A stretch of DNA of 64,000 nucleotides from Candidatus Aminicenantes bacterium (GTDB taxonomy: Bacteria > Acidobacteriota > Aminicenantia > Aminicenantales > UBA4085): positions 607-64,606 of the forward strand of contig JAPKZG010000035.1 of the NCBI GenBank assembly GCA_026393895.1, written 5' to 3'. A program made the translations under genes and the position numbers. Positions 1-10,563 of this stretch are shown one piece after another; position 1 is the stretch's first letter; each line of letters begins with the position of its first letter. The notes beneath the pieces were generated by a model. The model was given only the letters and a program-made list of their open reading frames with translations. It did no database searches and was not told the DNA's origin.

Positions 1-441
1 CATCGTTGTCGGGGCCAGGGTCGATTCGAAGATCACCAGGGGTCGGACGCCGGCCGGCTTATCCCGGAGCGTCCGGGCGGTCGCGGACACCGCCTCCATC
101 AACGGGCCGTAATCGGGAGCGAGGCCGCGTTTGTCCGTCTGGACGCAAAAAAGGATCGCGTCGGCGTCGCGGAGTGTACCGAAATCGGACGAGGCTTCGA
201 GAAGCTTGGCCGCGACTGCGTTGCGGATGATGAGCTCGAGACCGGGCTCGATGCCGCCGAGCGGCGAGCGGCCGGCGTTGAGCGCGGCCACTTTCCAGCC
301 CGAGGTCGGCGAATCCCGTTGAATCAGGATGACCCGGGCGGGCCGCGAGGATCCGAACCGCGGGCGGGCGGCGGCCAGGGAGGCGGCCATCGGGACGCCG
401 ACGACGCCGGCGCCGACGACGGCGATTTTTTCGATCTTCAT
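1..441 (-). CDS. Nucleotide-sugar dehydrogenase (UDP-glucose/GDP-mannose DH family), 5' part; runs off the window edge
   Basis: Not in the ORF track. Manual translation from ATG 441 gives MKIEKIAVVGAGVVGVPMAA...ILFCVQTD...LVIFESTLAP (GxGxxG Rossmann motif, EST motif). ATGA overlap with the asnB stop. Confidence 0.85.
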   Translation of the reverse strand, partial: MKIEKIAVVGAGVVGVPMAASLAAARPRFGSSRPARVILIQRDSPTSGWKVAALNAGRSPLGGIEPGLELIIRNAVAAKLLEASSDFGTLRDADAILFCVQTDKRGLAPDYGPLMEAVSATARTLRDKPAGVRPLVIFESTLAPTTM

Positions 442-2336
442 GCGTTTTTCCCGCCGGACCCGTCGATGAAACGGCGATACCAAAGCTCGAGGTTCAAAAG
501 GCCCCAGAGCTTGCGGCCGTAGGCGTCTTCCTGATCGATGAGCCGTTCGATGACGACAGGATCGAAAATCCCGCGTTCGCGACAGGCCTTGGAAAGGAGG
601 ATGTCCCGGACATATCCTTTCAACCCGTTATGAACCCACAGATGGAGCGGAACGGGGAAGCCCATTTTATCCTTCCGGTGAAGGATGGACGGCGGGAGAA
701 TATCTCCGGCGGCCATCCTGAGGATGTGCTTTAATTCGCCCCCCTGGAATTTCAACCGCGGGGGCATCGAGGCGATGAGCTCGGCGATCCGGCGGTCGAG
801 GAGAGGCGCCCGGGATTCGAGCCCGCAGGCCATGGTCATCCGGTCTTCCACCTGAAGCAGGGCCGGAAGGCCGGCCTTGATGTCGAAATGGACCATTTTG
901 TTGTAATAAGAGAGCGTTTGGGGATGGTCGAAAATTTGGGAGAACCGCTCGAAGATTCGACCGTCGTCGAATCCGGCGCGAAAGTCGGCCGCGTACATGC
1001 TCCGGTCGCCGCTGTTGCGGTCGATCAGCCGGAAATACCGGGAAGCCATCGGTTCGAACAGGCCGTCCTGCCAAAATCGCCGGAGCATCGGCGTATATTG
1101 GCGAAGCACGGGGAGATTCGGGAGAATGGATTTCAGGGAGACGATATGCTCGCCTTCGTCGTTGGTTTCAGTGATGGCGCCCTTGAGGGCCTGTTCCAGG
1201 TAAGCGGCGACATACCTGGTGTAGCCCCCGAAAATCTCGTCGCCGCCTTGGCCGCCCAGGATCACCTTGACATGCTTGGCGGCCTCCCGGGCGACGACGT
1301 ATTGAGGGAACAGTCCTGGTCCGCCGGCGGGTTCGTCCATATGGTAAACAAGGTCGGCCAGCGTGTCGATGAAGTCGGTCGCCTGGGGGTAAATTTCCCT
1401 GGATACCGCTCCAGCCATCCGGGCGACCTCGCGGGCGTAGGGCGTTTCGTCGAAGGCGGGATTTTCGCGGAACGCCCCGGTGAAACACGTCAGGGGCCGG
1501 GGATAATGCCGGGCGGCCAGCAGGGTGACGAGGCTTGAGTCCACGCCTCCGCTCAAGGTCGTTCCGACCGGAACGTCGCAATGAAGCTGGAGGCGGATGG
1601 AGTCCTCGAGGAGAAAACGCAGCTTCTCCAGGAAATATTCTTTGGTATGGTTGGTATCGACCGTGAAATCGAGGTCCCAATACCTTTCGGCTTGAACGGT
1701 CCCGGCCTCCGTGTCGATCAGGAAATAATGACCCGGACAGATCTTCTGGACGCCTTGAAAGAAGGTCTCCCGGTCGAGGACGTATTGAAAGACGGCATAC
1801 TCACGGAGGGCGTTCTCGTTGACGGCGACGGATACGTCGGGATGGGCGAGGAGAGCCTTGATTTCGGAAGCGAAGATCCAACTGTCGCCCTGATCGTAGA
1901 AATAAAGGGGTTTGAGCCCGAAATGGTCCCGGGCGGCCATGAGCCGGCGGCGGGGGCGGTCATAAAGGACGAAGGCGAACATCCCGTTGAGGTGCTTGAC
2001 GCAATCCGGGCCGAACTCGAGGTAGGCATGGAGAAGGACTTCGGTGTCGGATGCAGTCGCAAACGACCGGCCGAGTCGCCGGAGTTCATCGCGGAGCTCC
2101 CGGTAGTTGTAAATCTCCCCATTAAGCACGATCGAGACGCCCTCGACGGTCATGGGTTGTCCGCCGGTTTTAAGGTCGAGAACGGCCAACCGTTTGTGAA
2201 AGAGGCCGAGAGGGCCTTCGACGAACCCGCCCTCCTCGTCCGGGCCGCGGTAAGCGATTCGGTCGGCCATCCGGCGGAGAATCGAGAAGTCAGCGGCCTG
2301 TTTGTTTTTGTTGAAAAACGCGACTAATCCGCACAT
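438..2336 (-). CDS. asnB: Asparagine synthase (glutamine-hydrolysing), polysaccharide-amidotransferase type
   Basis: N-terminal MCGL (Ntn Cys), RGPD, NGEIYN, LSGGVDS, GQGGDE, RKDKMGF. Start moved to ATG 2336. Confidence 0.92.
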   Translation of the reverse strand: MCGLVAFFNKNKQAADFSILRRMADRIAYRGPDEEGGFVEGPLGLFHKRLAVLDLKTGGQPMTVEGVSIVLNGEIYNYRELRDELRRLGRSFATASDTEVLLHAYLEFGPDCVKHLNGMFAFVLYDRPRRRLMAARDHFGLKPLYFYDQGDSWIFASEIKALLAHPDVSVAVNENALREYAVFQYVLDRETFFQGVQKICPGHYFLIDTEAGTVQAERYWDLDFTVDTNHTKEYFLEKLRFLLEDSIRLQLHCDVPVGTTLSGGVDSSLVTLLAARHYPRPLTCFTGAFRENPAFDETPYAREVARMAGAVSREIYPQATDFIDTLADLVYHMDEPAGGPGLFPQYVVAREAAKHVKVILGGQGGDEIFGGYTRYVAAYLEQALKGAITETNDEGEHIVSLKSILPNLPVLRQYTPMLRRFWQDGLFEPMASRYFRLIDRNSGDRSMYAADFRAGFDDGRIFERFSQIFDHPQTLSYYNKMVHFDIKAGLPALLQVEDRMTMACGLESRAPLLDRRIAELIASMPPRLKFQGGELKHILRMAAGDILPPSILHRKDKMGFPVPLHLWVHNGLKGYVRDILLSKACRERGIFDPVVIERLIDQEDAYGRKLWGLLNLELWYRRFIDGSGGKNA

Positions 2337-2509
2337 GGACTGTATATCTCCCGTCGACGAGCGGAGCGACGCAGACTCCCGGCTCGTCCCGTCGGAAAAC
2401 AGCATACCGAAGAGATCCGTGACACGAAATACCCTGAACCGGTGATTCCCAGGGTGATTATAGGTGCCCCGGCCTAACCTTTCAAGGGGAGAGGAGTTTT
2501 TAAAGCCAA

Positions 2510-2539
2510 TTGACTTAGGCGCGCGGCGGGGAATATATT
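2510..2539 (+). promoter_or_regulatory. Putative sigma70 promoter of the SBBP gene
   Basis: TTGACT-N18-TATATT; GGAGG RBS before ATG 2608. Confidence 0.4.
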
Positions 2540-2607
2540 TTATGCCAGCGGGATTTATCCCGTATGATCAGAAAAGGATCCATCGCCAGAAAGCGGAGGC
2601 TCTATTG

Positions 2608-4971
2608 ATGCGCATTCTCAAATTCATTTTCGCAGCCATTTTCCTCTGCTCCCCGGCTTTCTTCGCGGCTTCGGATGTCCTCAGGCCGCAGGATGTGAAT
2701 CAAGAGGCTCCGGATAATGTGCCGGTGGAGGTCACCTACGATTCGAGAGGGGATCATGATTCTCGACGTCCCCTGGCGATCAGCCTGACACTGAGTTGGA
2801 ACACTTTTCTTGGAGGAATAAGCGCGGACATGATCAGTGGGATTGCCGTGGATCCGCTCGGCAACATATATGTGGCCGGCGAAAGCGCTATGCCCTGGGG
2901 CTCGCCGATTCGCGCCCACTCTGATCGAATGGACGCCTTTGTCGCGAAATTGAACGCCAACGGCAATCTGTTGTGGAACACGTTTCTGGGAGGGACCCCA
3001 ACCGACTGGGGCAGAGACATCGCCGTGGATCAATTCGGGAACGTCTATGTTGCGGGCTATAGTGATGGGACTTGGGGTTCGCCGGTCCGCGCCTTCTCCG
3101 GGGATAATGATGATGTCTTTGTCGCCAAACTCAATACCTACGGCATGCTGCAGTGGAACACCTTTTTAGGAGGGACGGATAAGGACGTGGGCTACGGCCT
3201 CGCCGTGGATACGATCGGAAACATCTATGTGTCGGGCGATAGCTGGGCGAGTTGGGGCTCGCCGATTCGAGCTTTCTCCGGAAATGACGATGCCTTTGTC
3301 GCAAAATTGGACGCCTCCGGAAATCTGTCATGGAACACCTTTTTAGGAGGGACGGATAAGGACGTGGGCTACGGCCTCGCCGTGGATACGATCGGAAACG
3401 TCTATGTGACGGGTAATAGCTGGGCGACTTGGGGCTCGCCGATCAGACCCATCACCGGTCCGGAGATAGCTTTTATCGCGAAATTGAATACTCGCGGAGT
3501 TCTGCAGTGGAATACCTTTCTGGGAGGAGGCCGGGGCGAGGGCATCGCCATTGATTCAATCGGGAACGTCTATGTGACGGGCTATAGCATTGCGACCTGG
3601 GGCTCGCCGGTTCGTTCCTACTCTGGTGGATGGGATGCCTTTGTCGCGAAATTGGATTCATACGGAAACCTGGGGTGGAATACCTTTCTGGGAGGGCTTG
3701 GTTATGAGGAGGGAATCGGCGTCGTCGTGAATTCGATCGGGAACATTTATATGACGGGTATAGGCGAACAGACCTGGGGCTCGCCGATTCGTCCCCCCTT
3801 CGGCGGGGCCGATGGCCTTGTCGCGAAATTAGATGCCGGCGGCAATCTACGGTGGAACACCTTTCTAGGAGGGACGGGTTATGACGAGGGCAAAGACATC
3901 GCCGTGGATTCGGTCGGGAACATCTATGTCGCGGGCGATAGCGGTGCGACCTGGGGCACGCCGATCCGCGCCTTCGCCGGCTTAGATGATGGTTTTGTGG
4001 CGAAGATCAAAGAAAGGTGCTCTCTGACGATTACGTCCGCTCTCCATGGCACGACGAATCCTGCTCCCGGGACATACTTTTATGATGCGAACAGCACAGC
4101 CTCTGTTTCGGCAATAGCGGACGGCGGATATGTCCTTGACAAATGGACGGGCGACGTGCCGGCCGGACAGGAGACCTCGGCGACGATCTCCATCCTCATG
4201 GACGCCGGAAAATCGATCCGGGCGAACTTCAAAGCAGGGTACTCTCTGACGATTGCCTCCGGCCCCCACGGGACGACGAATCCCGCGCCCGGAACTTATT
4301 CCTATAATACGGGAAGCACGGCCTCCGTTTCGGCGATCTCGGACAGCGGATATGTCTTCGATCGATGGACGGGCGACGTGCCGGCCGGACAGGAGACTTC
4401 GGCGACGGTCTCCATCCTCATGGACGCCGGAAAATCGATCCGGGCGAACTTCAAAGTAGGATACTCTCTGACGATTGCCTCCGGCCTCCACGGGACGACG
4501 AATCCGGCGCCGGGAATCTATTCCTACGGCGCGGGAAGCACGGCGTCCGTTTCGGCGATCTCGGACGGCGGTTATGCCTTGGATAAGTGGACGGGCGATG
4601 TGCCGGCCGGACAGGAGACTTCGGCGACGGTCTCCATCCTCATGAACGCCAATAAATCGATCCAGGCAAGCTTCAGGGCCGTTAATCCGCCGTCCAACCT
4701 GACTGCTGTCCGGTTGACGAACCGTTCGGTGACCCAAACCGAGTACATCGTCGACCTGACTTGGGAGTCCAACCCGGACAATGCCGGACTGAGCATCGCG
4801 GCCTACCGTGTTTATCGAAAAGAGGGAGATTCCTGGATCAAGATTGCCGACCTTTCATCGGATGCACTGAGCTACCGCGTCCGAAACGTCCCCGAAGCGG
4901 AGCAGACGTTCGGCGTCACCTCGGTCACCGACAGCGGCGCGGAAAGCGCCAAAACCCCGGTCGTTAAATAG
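2608..4971 (+). CDS. Secreted SBBP beta-propeller repeat protein with three InlB B-repeat-like domains and a C-terminal FN3-like domain
   Basis: Signal peptide MRILKFIFAAIF. About seven repeats of WNTFLGG...IAVD..GN(I/V)YV.G....WG.P.R...DAFVAKL. Three 74-aa repeats. C-terminal PPSNLTA...LTWESNP...YRVYR. Confidence 0.85.
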   Translation: MRILKFIFAAIFLCSPAFFAASDVLRPQDVNQEAPDNVPVEVTYDSRGDHDSRRPLAISLTLSWNTFLGGISADMISGIAVDPLGNIYVAGESAMPWGSPIRAHSDRMDAFVAKLNANGNLLWNTFLGGTPTDWGRDIAVDQFGNVYVAGYSDGTWGSPVRAFSGDNDDVFVAKLNTYGMLQWNTFLGGTDKDVGYGLAVDTIGNIYVSGDSWASWGSPIRAFSGNDDAFVAKLDASGNLSWNTFLGGTDKDVGYGLAVDTIGNVYVTGNSWATWGSPIRPITGPEIAFIAKLNTRGVLQWNTFLGGGRGEGIAIDSIGNVYVTGYSIATWGSPVRSYSGGWDAFVAKLDSYGNLGWNTFLGGLGYEEGIGVVVNSIGNIYMTGIGEQTWGSPIRPPFGGADGLVAKLDAGGNLRWNTFLGGTGYDEGKDIAVDSVGNIYVAGDSGATWGTPIRAFAGLDDGFVAKIKERCSLTITSALHGTTNPAPGTYFYDANSTASVSAIADGGYVLDKWTGDVPAGQETSATISILMDAGKSIRANFKAGYSLTIASGPHGTTNPAPGTYSYNTGSTASVSAISDSGYVFDRWTGDVPAGQETSATVSILMDAGKSIRANFKVGYSLTIASGLHGTTNPAPGIYSYGAGSTASVSAISDGGYALDKWTGDVPAGQETSATVSILMNANKSIQASFRAVNPPSNLTAVRLTNRSVTQTEYIVDLTWESNPDNAGLSIAAYRVYRKEGDSWIKIADLSSDALSYRVRNVPEAEQTFGVTSVTDSGAESAKTPVVK
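4018..4683 (+). repeat. Three tandem 222-bp intragenic repeats (B-repeat-like domains)
   Basis: Units start at 4018, 4240 and 4462; long identical runs such as GGACGGGCGACGTGCCGGCCGGACAGGAGAC. Confidence 0.9.
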
Positions 4972-5033
4972 GAAAGGAACAGCCTGAGGGCGACGGATTA
5001 TGTGGAAAATCCGGAGCGGGTTATAATGGCGGT

Positions 5034-5675
5034 ATGAAAGCCCGGGCGATCGCTTTGGGAATCGGATTGATCCTGGCGGTCCAAGGGGCGGGCCAAGCCC
5101 AGGCGGCGAAGAATTTTCTATTCTTGTCCGGCGGCGCCCATTATCATTTTCAGTCCGGCGAAACGGGGGAATACGTCCTCGGCGAGAACGATTTTCCCGT
5201 CATTCCGGCTCATACCGGATTCCTTCTCGGGTTTTCTTATCTCCGGACGTTCGGAAAGATGTTCGGCGCGGAAATCGACGCCCGTTTTGTAAGCTCGTCC
5301 CACGTCGTTCTGACGGATCCCTCCGACGGCGATACCGTCGAGATTTCGGCCGGCCCTCACGCTTCGTTCACGGTGAGTGCGTTGTTCGCGCCGTTTCCCT
5401 GGGCGGTTCGGCCTTATCTCCTCGCCGGCGGCGGACTGGACGTTTTTTTGGCCGGAGATGCATCCTACACGTCCCGATACGGTTATGTCATCGATGTTCC
5501 GGCGCCCGCATTCAAGGAACGTTTCGATCCCGAAGCCCATGTCGGCGTGGGGGTCCTTATTGTCCTGGGAAAGCGGTGGGGATTCCGTCTCGAATCCCGT
5601 TATGGCTGGATTTTCGACCGGCCCCGGACACTTTCCGGGATCTCCGGGTCCGCCGGAGTTTTTCTTTCGTTCTGA
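5034..5675 (+). CDS. Outer-membrane beta-barrel protein (OmpA/OmpW-like membrane domain)
   Basis: Signal peptide ending AQA, alternating amphipathic strands, C-terminal GVFLSF ending in Phe. Confidence 0.7.
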   Translation: MKARAIALGIGLILAVQGAGQAQAAKNFLFLSGGAHYHFQSGETGEYVLGENDFPVIPAHTGFLLGFSYLRTFGKMFGAEIDARFVSSSHVVLTDPSDGDTVEISAGPHASFTVSALFAPFPWAVRPYLLAGGGLDVFLAGDASYTSRYGYVIDVPAPAFKERFDPEAHVGVGVLIVLGKRWGFRLESRYGWIFDRPRTLSGISGSAGVFLSF

Positions 5676-5677
5676 CG

Positions 5678-8251
5678 TCAGCGGATTTTTTTCCGGCCGA
5701 TCCCTTTTCCCAAAACTTCGTCCCCGTTGAGGATGAGGTGATAAGCTCGCCACCCGAAGCCGGGAATCGTTCCCGAAACGAGGTCGGATTGAAAGACGGC
5801 GGTTTCGAGGGGCGTTTCGATCAACGACGTCCTTTCGGCCTCGAGAATCTCGTAGCCATCGAATTGGAGTCCGAACGCCGTTTCGTCCGGAGTCTGGTTC
5901 CATAACCGGACGACGATCCCTCCCTTAGCGGTGTCTTCGGCGGGTTTGACCGACCAGACGAAAACCCCGGGGGACGTGGGGGCGAACAGAGAAAAGGAGG
6001 CGGCCGGGTATTTCGTCCCGCCGGTCACTTCGCCGGCCTCCAGCGGATTCTGATGTTCGAGGGAAAAGCGCATCGCCTCGGCGGCGTCGAAGTCGCCGTG
6101 GGTTTGGAGGGCGAAACGCTGGAGAAAATAATCGTCCCCGCCCTGGTTGGGAATGCCGAGCGCTGCTCCGTCGACCTGGCCTCCGGCCAGGATGGAAACC
6201 TGCCCGGTTTGCGTGTCGAGAAAAGCGGTCGTGCTGTTGCCCCGGCGCAGAAAGGACAGGTCGGGGCTCGAAATGGTCAACCCCGTCCCGTCGGCCGACA
6301 GGTCGGCGAAATGATTGAGCGTGAGCCAATCATAGCGGGCAGCTCGGGATGAATATTGGCCGCCGTCGCCCTCCAAGCAGGCCAGGAGGACCGCCCCGAT
6401 CTCCTCATGCCGGAGAAGGGCCGAATCGAGGTTGACGTTGAAATCCCAGGTCCGGATATCGCCGAAATTTTGACGGATTTCGTTTCGAATATCGATCCGG
6501 GAAGAATCGCGGTAGAGGGTGACGGCGGTTTCATGCACTAGGGGGGCCGAGGACTTAACCCGCAGCGTCGCGGACACCGGCCCGGCGTTTTCGACTTCGA
6601 TCGTTCCGCCGCCCGATCCGAGGTCGTTGACGGCGCGGCCGCCGGCCGCCCGGACCATTTCGCGCCCGCCTCGTAGTTTGTCGACGAGACTGATGATTGC
6701 GCCGTTCGCTCCCACTTGAAGGCGGTAACGGGAATTTTCCAGGATGTCCCCGTTCGCCGTCGGTCCGCCGTCGAATGAGGCGCCCGTTCCGGAGACGACG
6801 TCGAACGTCTTATACCCGACCGGGGGGATGCCTACCGCCCAGATCCGGAGATAGGAAATTCCCCCGATGGTGACGCGTTGGGAAGGCGCTTCCAGGCCGG
6901 TGGCCGTGTCGATCACGTGAACGTCGCCTGTCCCAGCGAAGGGAAGATCCGCTTCCCCCGTCCGGAGCCATCCGAGGGAATTGAAGACAAAGAACCGCGG
7001 AGAGGATTCGCTCTTGGAAATCATCCCTCCCAGAGCGGCCAGGGCGTCGTTGAACAGGGCTTCGACGTAGGATTCGATCCCGGCGGCGCGTTCGCGATGC
7101 CAGGCGGCCCGGGCGTCTCGGGAGATCGGGCCGTCGGCCGTCCAATCGTGGTCGTAGTACATGCCCAGGTCGACCCAGGCCGATTCCCTTTCGTCCTCGC
7201 GTCCGCGCATGAACCCTGCGTTCTGAAGGATCACGAGCGAAGCCATAGCTTCAGCGGCGCGCAGTTTCTCCGACGCCCTTTTGACCCGGCCGGAAAGCTC
7301 GGCCATCGAGGCGCTGAGGATGTCCCATTCGTTGCCGAAACTCACGGATTGGGTCGGCGCGGTCGGACCATAGGCCGCGGTGAAATCCTCGAAGAAGTCG
7401 ATGATGTTGGAAACGATGACCTTGCGGTTTGCGATGGACTTCGCCTTAGCTTGCTGTACGAACAGGTCGGTGAAGGTTTTGAGGTCGTCGCCCCCGTAGC
7501 CGAAGATGCCGATGACGTCATAGGGATGGCGCGCTTGAAAACCCGCGTCGGCGGAGACGAAATCAACGGCGCCGGACGGATCCCGCGCTTCCGCATATCC
7601 GCCAATATCATAATTATTGTGGCGGATCATCGAATTCCATTTCGTCAGGATCCGGCTGCCGTCCAACCCCGTCCACCAGTACGTGTCATGCGGCCGGTCC
7701 CATGCGTCCGGGACGCGCGAGGCGCACCCGCAGATTCCTTTCCAAAAGAAGGACGCCCCCGCTCCGGCCCAGAGCGTCCCCAGGCCGAAGGGGAGGGTCT
7801 GGTTTTCTTGGGCGAGCGCGAGCTTCAGGCGGAGCCCGTACCGACGCTCCAGTTTCCCGGCATAATACATGCTCCGCAGCACCGCCTCGGCCGGCATCGC
7901 CCCGTAGGCGAGATTGAGCAGGGTGAGGGGGACGCCGATCGATCCGTCTTTGATCTTTTCGATCAGACGTTCGAAATCTGTCATCGAACGACTTTGTTCG
8001 TAGACTCGGACCCAGAAGTTTCCATCGGTGTTGAAGCGGCTCCGGAAATCGGAAGATTCGCCCGCGGTCTGATCGGCCAGGTTCAGGTAGTAATCAAGCA
8101 TCTCCAGGAAGGCCTGGCGGTAGGTGTTCTCATCCGTCGACCACATATAGTCGGTATGGTCGTCGTTGGCGATGTAGACGCGTTTTTCCGCGGCGGGAAG
8201 TCTGGAAGCGACGGCAAGAACAAGGGCGAAGGCGAGGAGTCTCCGGATCAT
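5678..8251 (-). CDS. Secreted glycoside hydrolase family 38-like (alpha-mannosidase fold)
   Basis: Signal peptide MIRRLLAFAL; N-terminal DHTDYMW (HxDxxW); later FVFNSLGW.R and VWSVKPAED motifs typical of GH38 C-terminal domains. Confidence 0.7.
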   Translation of the reverse strand: MIRRLLAFALVLAVASRLPAAEKRVYIANDDHTDYMWSTDENTYRQAFLEMLDYYLNLADQTAGESSDFRSRFNTDGNFWVRVYEQSRSMTDFERLIEKIKDGSIGVPLTLLNLAYGAMPAEAVLRSMYYAGKLERRYGLRLKLALAQENQTLPFGLGTLWAGAGASFFWKGICGCASRVPDAWDRPHDTYWWTGLDGSRILTKWNSMIRHNNYDIGGYAEARDPSGAVDFVSADAGFQARHPYDVIGIFGYGGDDLKTFTDLFVQQAKAKSIANRKVIVSNIIDFFEDFTAAYGPTAPTQSVSFGNEWDILSASMAELSGRVKRASEKLRAAEAMASLVILQNAGFMRGREDERESAWVDLGMYYDHDWTADGPISRDARAAWHRERAAGIESYVEALFNDALAALGGMISKSESSPRFFVFNSLGWLRTGEADLPFAGTGDVHVIDTATGLEAPSQRVTIGGISYLRIWAVGIPPVGYKTFDVVSGTGASFDGGPTANGDILENSRYRLQVGANGAIISLVDKLRGGREMVRAAGGRAVNDLGSGGGTIEVENAGPVSATLRVKSSAPLVHETAVTLYRDSSRIDIRNEIRQNFGDIRTWDFNVNLDSALLRHEEIGAVLLACLEGDGGQYSSRAARYDWLTLNHFADLSADGTGLTISSPDLSFLRRGNSTTAFLDTQTGQVSILAGGQVDGAALGIPNQGGDDYFLQRFALQTHGDFDAAEAMRFSLEHQNPLEAGEVTGGTKYPAASFSLFAPTSPGVFVWSVKPAEDTAKGGIVVRLWNQTPDETAFGLQFDGYEILEAERTSLIETPLETAVFQSDLVSGTIPGFGWRAYHLILNGDEVLGKGIGRKKIR

Positions 8252-8355
8252 AGGGAACCTTCCATCTTTCAATATAAGGCGATTCGGGGTCACGATCAAG
8301 CGGATTCCGGCCGGCTGTCTCATCCAGGGGACAAAAGCCGTCCGTCGCCGGCGTC

Positions 8356-9207
8356 TCAGGATTTGAGGCGTTTCGTTTCGTAAAGCCGCTTGAGGATCGC
8401 GGCGTCATATTCGCGGGCCGGGCTTTCGCAAATCACCAGCCCTTCGACGTTCATGTCGTTGACCGCGGCGATCCATTCGCCGTAGCGGAAATCGGAGTCG
8501 GCCAGGTTGAGATGCTTGATCTCGCCCTTGTCGTTGTAGGCGATACCTGAGAGATGGACGTGAATGTCGCGAAGCGCGGCCCGGCCGAGGCGTTTTTCGA
8601 TTTTTCGCAGGATCCGGTGAAAATCGACGTAACTGTTGGCCTTGCCTTCCCGGGCGTGAAGATGGGAGAAGTCCAGGCACGGGGCCAGTCCTTCGACGTC
8701 CCGGCACAGCGCGACCACCTCGTCGAGCGAGCCGAATTGCGACCGTTTGCCCATGGTTTCAACCCGGAGCGTGACCGGATTGCGTTCGGATTTCAGAACG
8801 GACACGATTTCCCGGAGCGACGTCCGCAGGATGTCGAATGTTTCCTCGGGCGTCGAGCTCCCGTAGTATCCCGCGTGGAAAACGACGCTCCGGCCGCCGC
8901 AGAGGGCGGCCATCCGGGCCGAGCGGAGAAGATGTTCCCGGCTTTGAAGCCGGGTGCCCATTTCCCTGGAATTGAGGTTGACGTAATAGGGCGCGTGAGC
9001 GCTGAGACGCATTCCTAGTTCCTCGGCGCGCCGGCGGACCTTCTCGGCCGTTTCCGACCCGATTTTCACCCCGCGGACGAATTCCATTTCCAGTCCGTCC
9101 AAGCCGAGGGACTTTAAATGGGTCAAGGCGGCGAGGGTTGAAGTCTGGGGGGTGGAATCAGGTACGCCGGCCGTGCCGAAGAAAAGCCCTTTAGCAGCGG
9201 GAGTCAT
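8356..9207 (-). CDS. nfo: Endonuclease IV / AP endonuclease 2 family TIM barrel (archaeal-like type)
   Basis: FGTAG start, [46 protein letters not shown]. Start ATG 9207 overlaps the thiC end. Confidence 0.8.
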   Translation of the reverse strand: MTPAAKGLFFGTAGVPDSTPQTSTLAALTHLKSLGLDGLEMEFVRGVKIGSETAEKVRRRAEELGMRLSAHAPYYVNLNSREMGTRLQSREHLLRSARMAALCGGRSVVFHAGYYGSSTPEETFDILRTSLREIVSVLKSERNPVTLRVETMGKRSQFGSLDEVVALCRDVEGLAPCLDFSHLHAREGKANSYVDFHRILRKIEKRLGRAALRDIHVHLSGIAYNDKGEIKHLNLADSDFRYGEWIAAVNDMNVEGLVICESPAREYDAAILKRLYETKRLKS

Positions 9208-10498
9208 CGGACGCTCCCCGCCCTCCCAGGAATTCGGAGACGATCCGCATCGCGCAGAAATCCCCGCACATCGAACAGGCCGAGGAATGGGTCCGGCGCG
9301 TCGCCCGGACGCTCCTGAATTTTTCGGGATCGATCGCCAACCGTCTCTGGGTCTCCCAGTCAAGGCGTTTCCTCGCCCGGGACATCCGCTCGTCGCGTGT
9401 CCGGGCTCCGGCGACTCCCTTGACGATGTCGGCGGCATGAGCGGCGATCTTGGAGGCGATCAATCCGTCCCGGACGTCCGCCGCCGAGGGAAGCCCCAGA
9501 TGCTCGGCCGGCGTGACATAGCATAGAAAATCGGCGCCGGCGGCCGCGGCGATCGCCCCGCCGATGGCCCCGGCGATGTGATCGTATCCGGCGGCGATGT
9601 CCGTTACGAGCGGGCCGAGGACGTAGAACGGGGCCCCTTCGCACAGGCATTTTTCCAGCTTGACGTTCATTTCGATTTGATCGAGCGGCACGTGCCCGGG
9701 CCCTTCGACCATGACCTGGACGCCGGCCCGCCGGGCGCGCCGGACGAGCGTCCCCAGCGTCAGGAGTTCTTCGATTTGGGCCCGGTCCGTGGCGTCGGCG
9801 ATCGACCCGGGCCGCAGGCCGTCGCCGAGACTGAGGGTGATGTCGAAGCGCCGGGCGATTTCCAGCAGACGATCGAAGTGTTCGAAGAGGGGATTTTCCT
9901 TTTCGTGACGGAGACACCAGGCGACGTGGAACGCGCCGCCGCGGGAAACGATGTCGGCGATCCGTCCCTGGCCGCGAAGACGGTCGATCGCCCGCAGGGT
10001 CAACCCGCAATGAACGGTCATGAAATCCACGCCCTCGCGGGCCTGGCTTTCGATGGCCGTAAAAAGATCGTCGACGGTCATGTCCACGATCGTGCCCCTC
10101 CGGGCGATGGCTTCGATCTCGGCCTGGTAAATCGGAACCGTTCCCAGAGGAATCGGCGCTTTTTTAAGGATCGCCCGGCGGATTTTCCGGATATCGCCGC
10201 CCGTGCTGAGATCCATCAAGGCGTCCGTCCCGTACTTCAAACCGACCCGGGTTTTGACCAGTTCATCGGCCAATCGGGGGAAATCCTTGGACGTTCCGAT
10301 GTTCACGTTGACCTTGGTCCGGAGGCCGCGGCCGATGCCAGCCGGATGGAAGGGCTTGTGAACGGGGTTGTGGGGGATGACGACGTCCCCGGACGCGACG
10401 GACGAGAGAAGAGCGTCTACGGAAACGCCTTCGGCCCGGGCGACGGCTCGGATCTCCGGCGTGGCCCGGCCTTTTCTGGCGGATTCGATTTGAGTCAT
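9191..10498 (-). CDS. thiC: Phosphomethylpyrimidine synthase ThiC (short form); a Bza paralog is not excluded
   Basis: [53 protein letters not shown]-terminal CSMCGDFC Fe-S motif. Confidence 0.88.
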   Translation of the reverse strand: MTQIESARKGRATPEIRAVARAEGVSVDALLSSVASGDVVIPHNPVHKPFHPAGIGRGLRTKVNVNIGTSKDFPRLADELVKTRVGLKYGTDALMDLSTGGDIRKIRRAILKKAPIPLGTVPIYQAEIEAIARRGTIVDMTVDDLFTAIESQAREGVDFMTVHCGLTLRAIDRLRGQGRIADIVSRGGAFHVAWCLRHEKENPLFEHFDRLLEIARRFDITLSLGDGLRPGSIADATDRAQIEELLTLGTLVRRARRAGVQVMVEGPGHVPLDQIEMNVKLEKCLCEGAPFYVLGPLVTDIAAGYDHIAGAIGGAIAAAAGADFLCYVTPAEHLGLPSAADVRDGLIASKIAAHAADIVKGVAGARTRDERMSRARKRLDWETQRRLAIDPEKFRSVRATRRTHSSACSMCGDFCAMRIVSEFLGGRGASDDSRC

Positions 10499-10563
10499 AA
10501 TGTTTCCTGGAGGCCTAGTCTACCCGTGATGGGAGCCGAATTCAACCGAACCGGAAAGTCCTT

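Noticed and set aside
2608-4971. Near-identical repeats as a DGR template/variable pair or CRISPR array
   Set aside because: The repeats are in-frame protein domains, differences are not adenine-specific, there are no spacers, and no reverse transcriptase or cas genes are in the window.
8115-8126. Second GGCGGTAG occurrence
   Set aside because: It lies antisense inside the GH38 coding sequence, lacks the nnTG ending, and is expected by chance.
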